DNA of 39,220 nucleotides from Batkoa obscura (Eukaryota): NCBI GenBank assembly GCA_030770535.1, contig JASVEC010000159.1, positions 1 to 39,220 of the forward strand, read 5' to 3'. Shown piece by piece: positions 1 to 10,753 of this stretch (position 1 is its first letter; each line of letters starts with the position of its first letter). The notes under the pieces were generated by a model. It saw only the letters and a program-made list of their open reading frames with translations, ran no database searches and was not told where the DNA came from. The position numbers and the translations under genes were made by a program.

Positions 1-52
1 CTCAAATAGTGCTTAAAAAATGAAAAATAATGAAACTAAAAAAAATAGCCCT
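1..52. mobile_element. MITE copy truncated by window edge
   Basis: Matches the 3' half of the ~97-bp repeat (AAATAGTGCTTAAAAAATG...AATAATGAAAC...TAGCCCT), followed by ATAT. Confidence 0.8.
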
Positions 53-859
53 ATATAATAGAATTAAATAATTCTATATTTATCGTATTATTTGTTTTTT
101 TAATATTGAAATAATTAAAAGTTGCTATTATATCATTTTCAATGTATTAAGTGTTTTGTTATATTTATTCTACTCAACTATATTAACGAATAATCTCTTT
201 TTTTGAACTTAGTTTATACAAATGGACATTAAATATATCAATTTTTATATTCATTACATAACTAAATTCATCTAAATAATATGGCTCATCCTCTATGATT
301 ATATAGTCACCATATTAAACTCTTGGCCTTATAGCCTCATATTTTCATATTAAAAAACAAGTCAAAAGTTTTGACATTCAATCGTATATAGTATTGTTCT
401 TTCATTGCCATAGTTCGAATTATAAATTTTTGATAAGTTCTTGTCACTTCAATCATTGTTATTAAATTTGAATCCCTAAAAAAGTATTAGGATTTCAATT
501 TTGTAAATTGTTTAATTTTTTTACAAAACTCATAAATTATTATAATATTATAAATGATTTTGATTGGTTGATACTGTACTTCTTTCATTGATAAAAATCT
601 ACACAGTTTTAATTTTATAATTAGAAATAATAATATGATTTAAGATAAACATAAAGATATAGATATTCACATGAATTTGAAAATAAATGATATTGAAATA
701 AGAACCCTGCTAAAAGCATATAGATAAAAAAGCTTGAAAATAGTCTACTGCATACTAAAAAAGATCAAATATACATTAAAATGTTAATATTTATGAAAAA
801 TATTAAATTTTTATTCTATATGAAAATAATAAATGTAAACTATCATTCAGTATAAACTA

Positions 860-949
860 TATATTATATTTTTTATTCAAAATTTTACTAAGGTTTTATC
901 GAAATTATATGCTTAAAAAACGAAAAGACCATAAGGAAAAAGGGACTCT
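860..949. mobile_element. Possible degenerate older MITE, inverted and abutting the 954 copy
   Basis: Retains AATTTTACTA and GCTTAAAAAA blocks at near-MITE spacing and ends GACTCT|ATAT; heavily diverged. Confidence 0.35.
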
Positions 950-953
950 ATAT

Positions 954-1050
954 GGGAGTGTTTTTTTTACTTCATTATTTTTCCATTTTTTAAGCGCTAT
1001 TTAAGCGGAAAATTTGTTAGTAAAATTCTTAGACACAAAAATACATCCCC
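954..1050. mobile_element. ~97-bp MITE
   Basis: GGGAGTGT...ACATCCCC termini; flanks ATAT/ACAT; core TTTAAGCGCTATTTAAGCGG. Confidence 0.9.
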
Positions 1051-1221
1051 ACATTGTTAGTAATAAAACAAAATAAAAAAGTTTAAACACTGACTTCGTA
1101 TTAGATTTTTGCTTTTGAAAATAGCAAACTAGCTATTATTAAAATTTTAACTTTTTATGAGTGATAAAAAATCAATAAAAAATATAATATTTAATTATAA
1201 TATAATGTTTATTTAAATGAA

Positions 1222-1464
1222 TTAACAATTATATGGATTATCAATATCAATCCAACTACTAAAAGTACATTTAGAATCAGCAAGGATATCATAGCAATCC
1301 CATTCCCCATTATTCCAAGTCCAGCATCTTGGACAACTATAACCATCATAGCAATAAACTCCACTATTTCCTTTATTACAACGTTCACTATTTGGATTAG
1401 GACAAACAGACACTACAAATGGAAGTACAAAAGATAAAGCAGCAATTGATTGAATAAATTTCAT
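1222..1464 (-). CDS. Small secreted cysteine-rich protein (80 aa, 8 Cys, acidic)
   Basis: Hydrophobic signal peptide MKFIQSIAALSFVLPFVVS; Cys spacing 7-8-5-2-9-8-13. Confidence 0.8.
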   Translation of the reverse strand: MKFIQSIAALSFVLPFVVSVCPNPNSERCNKGNSGVYCYDGYSCPRCWTWNNGEWDCYDILADSKCTFSSWIDIDNPYNC

Positions 1465-2083
1465 ATTTGATTTAATTGATAATATAAAACAATTATTTCA
1501 TTAAAGTATTTATACTATGAGTTACAAATTCAACCTAAGTATCATTTTTAAAATGTCTTAAAAGAAAACAAGGTAACAATTATTTATAATTGTTACCTTA
1601 AAGCAATTTAGTTGTATATTACAATGATATTTATAAATAATACAAAGTTTATTTATTTAGTTCAAAATAAATTAAACTACTAAAATAAAGCTAAAGCCAA
1701 GATTTTTAGTTGGGTGAATTTTAAAAATAGAAGTCAATTTTTTAGAAACAGGCCATTATTTAAAAATATAACTATCAGCTATAAATTACTTTTTAAAGTA
1801 ATTTGACTTCTTGGGCTAAAATCGATTTGAAATATATTGATTGCAACAGAAAATGTTTAGTATTTAAGAGTAGCTCAGTTTTTCTATAACCATGTTAAAC
1901 TATAATAATTCTATACCTCCAAAAAAACTGATCTGTCCAAAAAGTCAGATTATCTTAGAAAATACTTTATGGGTTAGTTTAAAAGCTTAGTTCAATTTTT
2001 GTCCACTATAGATTTTAACTAAAATTACGAATTAGGTATAAGGTGCTGAGATAAGTTTTTTACTCAATCTTAAAATTATCTAT

Positions 2084-2179
2084 GGGGGTGTTTTTTTATC
2101 CATTATTTATTTAGTATTTTTTACAGAATTTATGCTATATAGAAAATGGACAAAAGAGGTGAAGTGAAATTTTAGCCCT
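2084..2179. mobile_element. Divergent 96-bp MITE-like element
   Basis: Starts GGGGGTGTTTTTTTATCCATTATT like the MITE end and finishes TAGCCCT 96 bp later; interior diverged and flanks (CTAT/ATTT) not a clean TSD. Confidence 0.5.
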
Positions 2180-2835
2180 ATTTTAACCAAGCTTTTACTT
2201 GCCCGTATTACAAGCATAGACCATATCAAATAGCTATAACTACTGCCTTAAAGCTAAATTTGAGACGTTTAAAGATATGATTTTATAATTTTATAGCGTT
2301 ACCATTAGATAATCTCTTTTAGAAACTATTCCAAATTTCAAATAATTGGTATATTCCCAAATAGTTAATAGCTTTTTTACTACTTCAGTTGCCATATGCT
2401 AATAAGCAATTCCAGGAATTTCAAACATCTACTGAGTTTTATCCAGAGCTGTAGCTTTCTTAATAGTATTATTGCTTTGTCAAATGAATGAACTAAAGAA
2501 ACAATTATTTTAATTATGAAAGTAAAATTTATATCACTTCTTTAATTCAAGCAAATGACTGTATATTATGAAGTTTATAGAATGTCTGGCTAATAATAAT
2601 AAATTTAATGCAAACACGATACAGTATTATATTTACATAACTCAAAGTAATTAACGGTTAAAATCGAGTATTTGATGTATTATCTGAAGTTTAAATTATC
2701 GAATGTATAAATAATATTTAAAGTGAATGGCTCTTAAATACTAAATATGATAGCATTTTTGAGATCAAATTGTCTCAATTAGCTTTAATGCTTTATAAAT
2801 ATTTTTAATACCCTTTGATGTCTTCAAGAGTACAT

Positions 2836-2931
2836 GGAGATGTATTTGTATTTAAGGATTTTACTAACAATCTTTTCATTCAAATAGCGCTTAAAAGATA
2901 GAAAAAGTGATAAAGCCAAAAAAACATTCCT
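2836..2931. mobile_element. ~97-bp MITE
   Basis: GGAGATGT...ACATTCCT; flanks ACAT/ACAC. Confidence 0.88.
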
Positions 2932-3126
2932 ACACTATGTACTTAACTAGCAGCTTAGTAAGCCCAAATATCTTATATAAAAGTTAATTATATAAAATTG
3001 CTTATAATTGTTTAAAATGATAAAGGTATGATTTGATTATGATTAAATTATGATGGATATGAAAAGTAAATAGAATAAAATAAAGCCAAAATAGCACATT
3101 TACAAAATAACAATCGACAAAATAAA

Positions 3127-3663
3127 ATGTATATTTACGACGAAAATTTATATCAGAGCGTTTGGGGGCCACTGATGGTTAGTGTAATAGCTAGTTATCA
3201 ATATAGTCAATTAAGCAGTAAAAGTTGGTACAAGCGATTAAGAAACCCTAAAAGGCACTTGAATGAGAGGTATTTTACTTTGCTTTCAATAATAAGCAGT
3301 TCGCTGTATGGTTACGGATACTATATAGTAAAGATGAATTATGACAAAGATAGTTACTTCTATGAGCTATTAGGTTATTTATTCAACATTCAACTATTAT
3401 TGGATTCGATTTGGTCTTTGACATATATTGGGGCAAATGCTTCTCCTATCCCGTTGATCAGCATGGCTGGGCTTTGGATAGCTAACCTGATTGCTTTGTT
3501 TTTTTTCGGTACTATTGATACAACTGCTTTATTGTATTTTATTCCATATTTCTTATGGACTAGCTTTCGCTCTTACTTAAACTTACAGTTATCCTGGTTA
3601 CTAAATGCAGATAATACTAATGTTGACTCAAATCAACCTACTCACCCACCAGCTGCGAAGTAA
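3127..3663 (+). CDS. TSPO: TspO/MBR-family (translocator protein) homologue, divergent
   Basis: WYKRLRNPK, LFNIQLLLDSIWS and IDTTALLYFIPYFLWTSFRSYLN match TspO motifs; ~5 hydrophobic segments. Confidence 0.85.
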   Translation: MYIYDENLYQSVWGPLMVSVIASYQYSQLSSKSWYKRLRNPKRHLNERYFTLLSIISSSLYGYGYYIVKMNYDKDSYFYELLGYLFNIQLLLDSIWSLTYIGANASPIPLISMAGLWIANLIALFFFGTIDTTALLYFIPYFLWTSFRSYLNLQLSWLLNADNTNVDSNQPTHPPAAK

Positions 3664-3855
3664 ACGATATTTACATAATACTGCTTTTTAAAATAAAGTC
3701 TGCTATTTAATTAAATATATCGCCATAAATTTAAATTTACTCTATTTATTTAAAAATATTAGGAGAATAAAGCAATTCTATTTAATAAAGCCATCAACAA
3801 TGTAATAAGAAAATATAAGCTTAATTTGCTTTCATTTCTTACTTTAAATATATTT

Positions 3856-4204
3856 TTAAACTTGGATAGGAGTGTCTAAAGATACAGCTAAATTTTCTTT
3901 ATCTTCTTCATTATTATCCATAAATTCGTCCTTAAATGATATTAGTGACATTCTTGATATATAAAAACAACTTACTGGGTCAAAGATAACTCTTATAATT
4001 AAAGAACAAGATGGACATCTACCAACGTCTTCACCGTCCCTTAATTCTTCCTAAAAAAAAGTCAGTTATGCTAATCTTACAAATGAATATAACTACCAAT
4101 GAAATTTCGAATCTATCACCGCATGGGCAAGGGTAGTGATAAATATTTGACTCCTCATCAAAGTCCATATCTTCGATTTCTACTTCATCATAAAAGGAAC
4201 TCAT
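3856..4204 (-). CDS. DPH3: Diphthamide biosynthesis protein 3 / KTI11 (CSL zinc finger), 3 exons, 85 aa; absent from ORF track
   Basis: Exons 4204-4097, 4050-3976, 3930-3856 with GT-AG introns translate to [61 protein letters not shown]... Confidence 0.96.
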
Positions 4205-4516
4205 CTTTTGTACTATAAATTATTAAGCAAATTGTTTTGGTTTTATAATTATTGTTTATAGTGGTTACTTTGGCTTGGTAACTTGAGGCTAATCAATTAT
4301 GTTAAGCAATGCAATACAGGTTGAATTTAATTGGTACACCAGAGTTATGCCTGGGTTTAGTTATCCAGGGATTTTTTTTGCATAGTATTTTGAATTGATC
4401 TTATTGGCTTAATATGAATGAATAATCATTACTCAATAAAAAGCAAAACATTAAAATAAGAATCCTAGAGACCTTGTTATAAGATAATCTGGTTTAATAG
4501 AATTATAGAATATAAA

Positions 4517-5248
4517 ATGAGTAAAATTACTAACAACAAACATATATTTAAAATGTATAACTTTTATAAGGCGCTAGAGAAGAAATGGTTTCAAAATTTG
4601 AAAAGTAACCAAAACCGCCTTTTAACTGATAACAACCGTGTCGATATCTCTGAGTTACACTTATACGGTGAGTTAGGGTTTTTATTACTAGGATCAAAAT
4701 GTTGTGTTTTAATTGAGCATTTACCGAAGGAGTTGGATATTTTAAACAGTTATATTAAAGATGTATGCCTTAGCTGGTTAGAAGAAATAGGTGATGATTC
4801 TAATGTAAAGATAATAAAAATAAAAGATAACATAAAATCCGTGGAAATCAATTTATCAGGATGCTATTTAATTGTAAACACAAGACATGAGTTATATCAC
4901 TTAGTTAAAGAATATTTTGAAGAAAATAAAACAGAAACAATTCAAGAAAATATACTTGCTAAGATTTTGGATTACCCAGGCTCTTTACCTTCCTCGGCTG
5001 AAGAATATTCTAATATGATTCGAGTTGGCTATATCGAAAAAAGGTAATTTTATTTTATGAAAATTTTGCGCTTGAGTGTAAATTTTAAAACTTTATTTAT
5101 TCAATTTAGCACAAGGTATTGGCTTACAACATATGCGGGTCAAAAGCAGCAGTTGAATGATATTAAGAATCATTTTTTAATCTATTATGATGATTATTTG
5201 GCACATTTTGATAGCGAGTTAGAGTTACTTATAGAGGATTTATCATGA
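4517..5248 (+). CDS. Protein of unknown function, 2 exons
   Basis: ORFs 4517-5047 and 5057-5248 join in frame through a GT-AG intron 5044-5109 (...YIEK-S-TRYWLTTYAG). Start may be the ATG at 4553. Divergent from DPH3. Confidence 0.75.
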
Positions 5249-5576
5249 AAAGTCCATTATTTATTTTTAGAATGAATGAGAACTAAAATTGTTGTTTGCC
5301 TAATTCTTTAAGTTATGTTATTATTCATTTTTTTCTATTAAATTTATAACTTTTGATAATAGTTGTAGTATATATTAAAATGTTAAGGGAATTAGTGCTT
5401 CACACTGTTACTTAGTTTACGAATAACGTTTGATAAGAATATTTTTCTAAAGTTAATAGCCATTTTTAGCTTTGGCAAATTATACAAAAAGAAGAACATC
5501 TATTTTAAATTTTACAAAATTCAGAATTTTTATGGAACTTATAAACCACTAAAAATATAGTCTATAAAATCAATAT

Positions 5577-5674
5577 GGGAGTGTTTTTTTTGACTTCATT
5601 ATTTTTTCCATTTTTAAGCGCTATTTAAGCGGAAAAATTATTAATAAAATTCTTAAACACAAAAATACATCCCC
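5577..5674. mobile_element. ~97-bp MITE (close to consensus)
   Basis: GGGAGTGT...ACATCCCC; perfect ATAT/ATAT TSD. Confidence 0.93.
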
Positions 5675-6288
5675 ATATAGTAATTTTCTAGCCATCTATG
5701 AAGCTTGCCATAAACTTCTGAGACACATAGCCGTGTACTTGCTAACTTTACCCTTTTAATCCAAAACAACAGTAAGAAGCACAAAGGATATGGAGATATG
5801 TAGCTTTTATCTACAATAAAGCTTTAATATTTTGATTAATATTTATAAAATTATTGTATGATTGAAGCTGTAATATTATCTTTATAAATTTTAAACTAAC
5901 CAATCATGTTTTTGAAGAACATATTTGGAAAAAAATCAAATTATAATGAAAAAGAAGCAAGCACCTTTTTACTAAGTTAAAAGCGTAGCTTTAAACATGT
6001 GCTTTATAAAAAAAACAAAAACTGTCACCCATATAGTACATTTGTTTTGCTCAAAAGAAAGATTTAAACAATTAAGATAATCACATAAAAAGAAAAAAGA
6101 GTGATTTATTTAAACTACCAAAGGATGTTTATATTGGTATCCTTGATACTATTTAAATAGTAAAAATACAAATCTTACAAAATTACTGCTAGCGTGATTA
6201 TTACCCAATCAAACATAATTTTAACAAGTATATGAATAAAGAGCTTATAAATACAGCAAAAATGTTCCTTTCAAACCCCTTTTGAACT

Positions 6289-7629
6289 ATGTATATCGAA
6301 CTAAATTTATTACCTGGGGCTATACTGAAAGGAGTATTTGAGTATATTGATATTATAGAATTGTTTAAGCTACAATCAATTAGTAAAAGGTTCCAACAAA
6401 TAATTAGAAATCAAATATTTATCAATTTAACTTACTCAGAGTACCAAAAATTTAAAGAAGCTAATAAAAGAATACAGCATAACTTCATAAAAGAGAATCC
6501 GAATAAAATGAAGAAGTTATCAGTGTCCAGTGTCAGCCAATTTGAATCATTAAATTCATGTCAATATATTAAATGTTTGCATTTTAGCCTTAATTCCAAG
6601 TTTAAGCTATCTAAGAATGGTCATCTAATACATAATGAATTTTTGAGTTTGAAAAAGTTATCAGTTGATGTTAATTATGAGGACTTTCGAATTTATTTTG
6701 ACTTGTTTAAGAGCTGTTTACATCAATTAAGTGAACTTAAATTAATAAGTAAGGCGCTGACACTAGGTGATGTCCTAGAGTACTTAAATAAAACCGGGTT
6801 GAAGGTATTAAAGATTAAATCCATAATGTTCTTAGATTTAAATGGGATTGAAGCGTTGAAGCAATTCAAAAATTTAACCACATTACATCTCACATCATAT
6901 AATATGAAGATACCACGTATCTACAATAAAGCTAACAACTTTATTAAGCTTAAGGAACTTAAAATCAAAGGGAAGATGGATGATAATTACAACTTAGACT
7001 ATTTTGGAGATTTAACGCAGCTTCATAAGTTAATTATAAAGTTACAAAATTTTAAATATGATGAGTTAGTATTTAAAGATAGTAGGAGTGTTAAAATCAG
7101 ATTTATGGGATTTATTCAAAAATTATTTTTAAATCTCAATAGTTTAGACAAAATGCTCAATTTAAATGAAATTAGTATTAACAAAAGTGAGTTATTCGAA
7201 GAAATAGTCCATGGACTTTCCGAACCAAATAACGTCCAGAGCATAAAATTATATAATTCGAACTACCTTGAAAAGGACTCCTTTAAATTATGTCAGTTTG
7301 ATTGGAATAGTGATGATGATGTATTAGAGAATCCCGACTATTTTTGTTTAAAAAACCGAAAGAAATTAATTCAGTGTAAATCAATTAAAAAATTAAGCTT
7401 TATAAAATATGAACTTTCACTTCAAAATTTATTTTACATTCTATATTTATTTCCTAATATAGAATATGTCTTATTTAGAAAAGGATATCTTCGTTATTTT
7501 TCAACTATAGGTTACTATTACTACTATAATAACCCAATTACTTTTCAAATAGCTAATGGTCTAAGGTACCCAATTGATATTAAATTTTTTAAAGTTGAAT
7601 TCCCGGATATTAATTTGCAGTTAATTTGA
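6289..7629 (+). CDS. F-box-like protein with degenerate LRR/RNI-like repeats
   Basis: N-terminal LPGAILKGVFEYIDIIELFKLQSISKRFQQII fits the F-box pattern; repeated LxxLxL units (LKKLSV, LSELKL, LTTLHL, LKELKI). Confidence 0.75.
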   Translation: MYIELNLLPGAILKGVFEYIDIIELFKLQSISKRFQQIIRNQIFINLTYSEYQKFKEANKRIQHNFIKENPNKMKKLSVSSVSQFESLNSCQYIKCLHFSLNSKFKLSKNGHLIHNEFLSLKKLSVDVNYEDFRIYFDLFKSCLHQLSELKLISKALTLGDVLEYLNKTGLKVLKIKSIMFLDLNGIEALKQFKNLTTLHLTSYNMKIPRIYNKANNFIKLKELKIKGKMDDNYNLDYFGDLTQLHKLIIKLQNFKYDELVFKDSRSVKIRFMGFIQKLFLNLNSLDKMLNLNEISINKSELFEEIVHGLSEPNNVQSIKLYNSNYLEKDSFKLCQFDWNSDDDVLENPDYFCLKNRKKLIQCKSIKKLSFIKYELSLQNLFYILYLFPNIEYVLFRKGYLRYFSTIGYYYYYNNPITFQIANGLRYPIDIKFFKVEFPDINLQLI

Positions 7630-8093
7630 TAGCTAATAAATAAAGTACAAATTAGTAATAATTGTGCTATTTTTTATTTTAATTTTAAATACATACATTC
7701 TATTAGATTAAGCTTCTTATATAAATGTGATATCTTATTTAGTATAAAAGGTATAATTGTTAAAAGCACAAGCTTAATGAAATACCATAACAATGGTCCC
7801 AATATGTTAGTTTTTGCTATTAAAAAAACTTGTACATTTCATTAAATATTAAGAATTATGATTTTAGCTATAAATATTAAAAACAATAAAAACTGAATTA
7901 CTTCATTAAATCATATAATGTAATGATATTAATTTTATTGAACTATAACTTACGATAGTTTTTAAAATTTAACACATTCGTATTATATTTTAGATTTTAT
8001 CCAATTACTGATATAATGAAAAGTATTTATAATGTTTATAATATACTTCTAAAATCATGGTACTCTTGTAGATAAGAGTTGAAAATAAGATAT

Positions 8094-8190
8094 GTGGATG
8101 TATTTTTGTGTTTAAGAATTTTACTAACAATTTTTCCGCTAAATAGCGTTCAAAAATGGAAAAAATAATGAAGTCAAAAAAAACACTCCC
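8094..8190. mobile_element. ~97-bp MITE
   Basis: GTGGATGT...ACACTCCC; ATAT/ATAT TSD. Confidence 0.92.
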
Positions 8191-8432
8191 ATATTTTAAT
8201 GGGGCTTTTTAACAAATATAGAATAAAAAATTAGTTTAATGCTAGTTAAAGTATAATTTTGCATAAAGTATGACATAATTTTGGGAAATTACTCTATTTA
8301 ATTTGCTAGCCTTTAACAAAATTAGTGAATAATTTGAATTTATACTTTAAGTAAAGATTAACTTTTTAATTGGGTATTTGCTAAAATTGTTTAAACAACT
8401 TATTACATAATGATTTATATATTTTTCAGTCT

Positions 8433-10298
8433 ATGGAGCAGAGAAATAGTTTAAAGCTTAGTAGAAGAGGACATAGATGTGATTCATGTGTTAAAAAGCA
8501 CCTTAAATGTGATAGAGTATTACCTAAATGCTTAAATTGTATAAAAAGAAAGATAGAATGTACCTTAAATAGAGAAGTCATATATAATAAAAGCGAAGAC
8601 ACCGAGTATGGAGCTGGGCACTTGGGAATTAGACGTAATTACAGAGCCTTTGGAAAAGATAAATTTAGATTTAAGGTTGTCAATGTTAGCTTCACTTCAA
8701 AAAAAGAGGCTGTAATTGTTCCTAAAATGTTTCAACCAGAAGAAAACAAAACTCAGGCAGTTAAATTAAAAGATAAAAATGAAAACCAGTTATTAAAATT
8801 GTCAAAAGAAACTAAACATCAATTACTAAAGTTACCAAAGGATTATGATTTCTCATATAATATTATTGGTATATTTAGTAAATTTAAGAGGAAATCATTA
8901 TTAGAAAATTTGTTAAATTTTATTCAAAATCCGTCGCCATATTTTCCTAGTAAAGGCTTAAATCTTTTTATTGTACTAACGGATAAGTTAGGTTTGTTGG
9001 CATCCAAACCTAAGAGGCTAATGTTTGTACCAGAAGTACCAAATGAAAACACCTTTAATATTAGACCAATTTTAAAGCAAGCAGTAACCAATTATTTTAC
9101 GTCAATTAATAAAACAATTCCTTTGTTTGATGAAACAAGGTTTGATTTTACTTCACGTTCTTTTAATTTAAAATCGGCAATATTTACAGGTGGTCTCTTT
9201 TATATGAAGCAAACGGAAATCGTAAAAAAACTAATTAGTTATTTTGAGGGAAAGCTTTATCATTTTGTTTCAAATGTCCCTAGAATTAAGCCCAGTTTAG
9301 AAAATATACAAATAATACTTATACTAATAATTGGAATCCCATGTTTTTCATGGATTGGTGGTATTAGAGATTACCTTTTGTTTCATTCCTATAGAATGTC
9401 ATTTATAATAGGATTGAGTCAATCACCAAAGAAGTTATCTAAAGTGGCCAATATTGAACGAACTTATACTTACTGCGTATTAAATTCTTTTTACAATGGA
9501 ATCTTATTAAGTTTTGGATCATACATTGCTGAGCCTATATTTCCATTGGGATTAAAGAAATTAAATAGGCATCTTAGAAGTAAACTTTCTCTCTCTAATA
9601 TTGATTTCAACAAAGAAGATAAACATATCCAAAGATACTGTTTTTTAAAGCTTCAAGAATTTTATTATATAACAAGTACGCTATATTTTGATTTACGACT
9701 AATCAAAGAGAAAAAGATAAAAGGAAGTGATGATCAGATGAAATTAAATAGCTTTCTATCAAGACTTACGTTTAAAACATTCACAGTTAAAGAAGAATAC
9801 ATTACTGTTATGACTGAATTTTTACCTTTTATCAATAGCTATGATTTAAAATTAACGATCGAGGATTATCAAAATTGTATAGTTTATTTTTTTCATCATA
9901 TTAACTTTTATATTAGTTTTGTTAATTTTGATGTTTCTGAAGAAAAGAAAGCGTATGAGTATAAAGAACATAAGCTTGATAAGAATATTAATATAAGTAT
10001 ATTAAATCGTATTAAAGATACGCTCAAACAGTGCTATTTAGTAATTGATAGTGCTGCTGTAAGTTATCACAAATATACTCTTACTCTTGATTATCCTCTT
10101 ATTTCAACATGTTTGGTTTTTATAATACGATATGGAAGAAATAATGATGGAATTTTAAAATACATTAAAAAAGGAAAGGGACTATTAGAATCCTCATTGA
10201 CATTACCTTTTGCTTTAAAGGTATGTGGGTTAAATTTAAAATTAATTGAACTTATAACTGAGTCTTTGAGTAATAACATAAAATTAATAAAACCATAA
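8433..10298 (+). CDS. Zn2Cys6 (GAL4-type) transcription factor, paralogue 1
   Basis: CDSCVKKHLKCDRVLPKCLNCIKRKIEC (C-2-C-6-C-6-C-2-C-6-C); middle-homology-like YFTSINKTIPLFD; 621-aa intronless ORF. Confidence 0.9.
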   Translation: MEQRNSLKLSRRGHRCDSCVKKHLKCDRVLPKCLNCIKRKIECTLNREVIYNKSEDTEYGAGHLGIRRNYRAFGKDKFRFKVVNVSFTSKKEAVIVPKMFQPEENKTQAVKLKDKNENQLLKLSKETKHQLLKLPKDYDFSYNIIGIFSKFKRKSLLENLLNFIQNPSPYFPSKGLNLFIVLTDKLGLLASKPKRLMFVPEVPNENTFNIRPILKQAVTNYFTSINKTIPLFDETRFDFTSRSFNLKSAIFTGGLFYMKQTEIVKKLISYFEGKLYHFVSNVPRIKPSLENIQIILILIIGIPCFSWIGGIRDYLLFHSYRMSFIIGLSQSPKKLSKVANIERTYTYCVLNSFYNGILLSFGSYIAEPIFPLGLKKLNRHLRSKLSLSNIDFNKEDKHIQRYCFLKLQEFYYITSTLYFDLRLIKEKKIKGSDDQMKLNSFLSRLTFKTFTVKEEYITVMTEFLPFINSYDLKLTIEDYQNCIVYFFHHINFYISFVNFDVSEEKKAYEYKEHKLDKNINISILNRIKDTLKQCYLVIDSAAVSYHKYTLTLDYPLISTCLVFIIRYGRNNDGILKYIKKGKGLLESSLTLPFALKVCGLNLKLIELITESLSNNIKLIKP

Positions 10299-10363
10299 CT
10301 TATTTACTTTCATACTAATTTAATATAAGCTTGATGTTTGAAAAGCAATTTAAAGTAACATAT

Positions 10364-10460
10364 GGGGATTTATTTTTCTGTTTAAGAATTTTACTAGCAA
10401 TCTTTCTACTTAAGTAGCGCTTAAAAACAGAAAAAATGGTGAAACCAAAAAGATATTCTC
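10364..10460. mobile_element. ~97-bp MITE
   Basis: GGGGATTT...ATATTCTC; ATAT/ATAT TSD. Confidence 0.88.
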
Positions 10461-10753
10461 ATATAAAGAGCTGTTAAATTATTTTTATAATGATAAACTG
10501 GAAGTTATTATTGATGTATATTATTATCTTAAAGGTGATAAATAAATATTCATAAAAATAGACTAAAAGGAAAACCATAGTAGTCTATAAAACAAATCCA
10601 TTTACAGCACCATTAAGTTTTAATTTTTAAGCTACACTTGCATTATTCTAAAGTGATTTACTTTTTAAATAGATAATCTCAATTTAAAATTTAACAAGGT
10701 ATTAAAATAATATTATAATTCTTACTACTCTAAAAAAACAACCACAACTTTAT

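Noticed and set aside
4350..4369. CCTGG-N10-CCAGG inverted repeat in the DPH3 divergent promoter
   Set aside because: Only 5-bp arms; not distinguishable from chance.
5787..5805. ATATGGAGATATGTAG resembling a MITE end
   Set aside because: No internal similarity and no partner TIR ~97 bp away.
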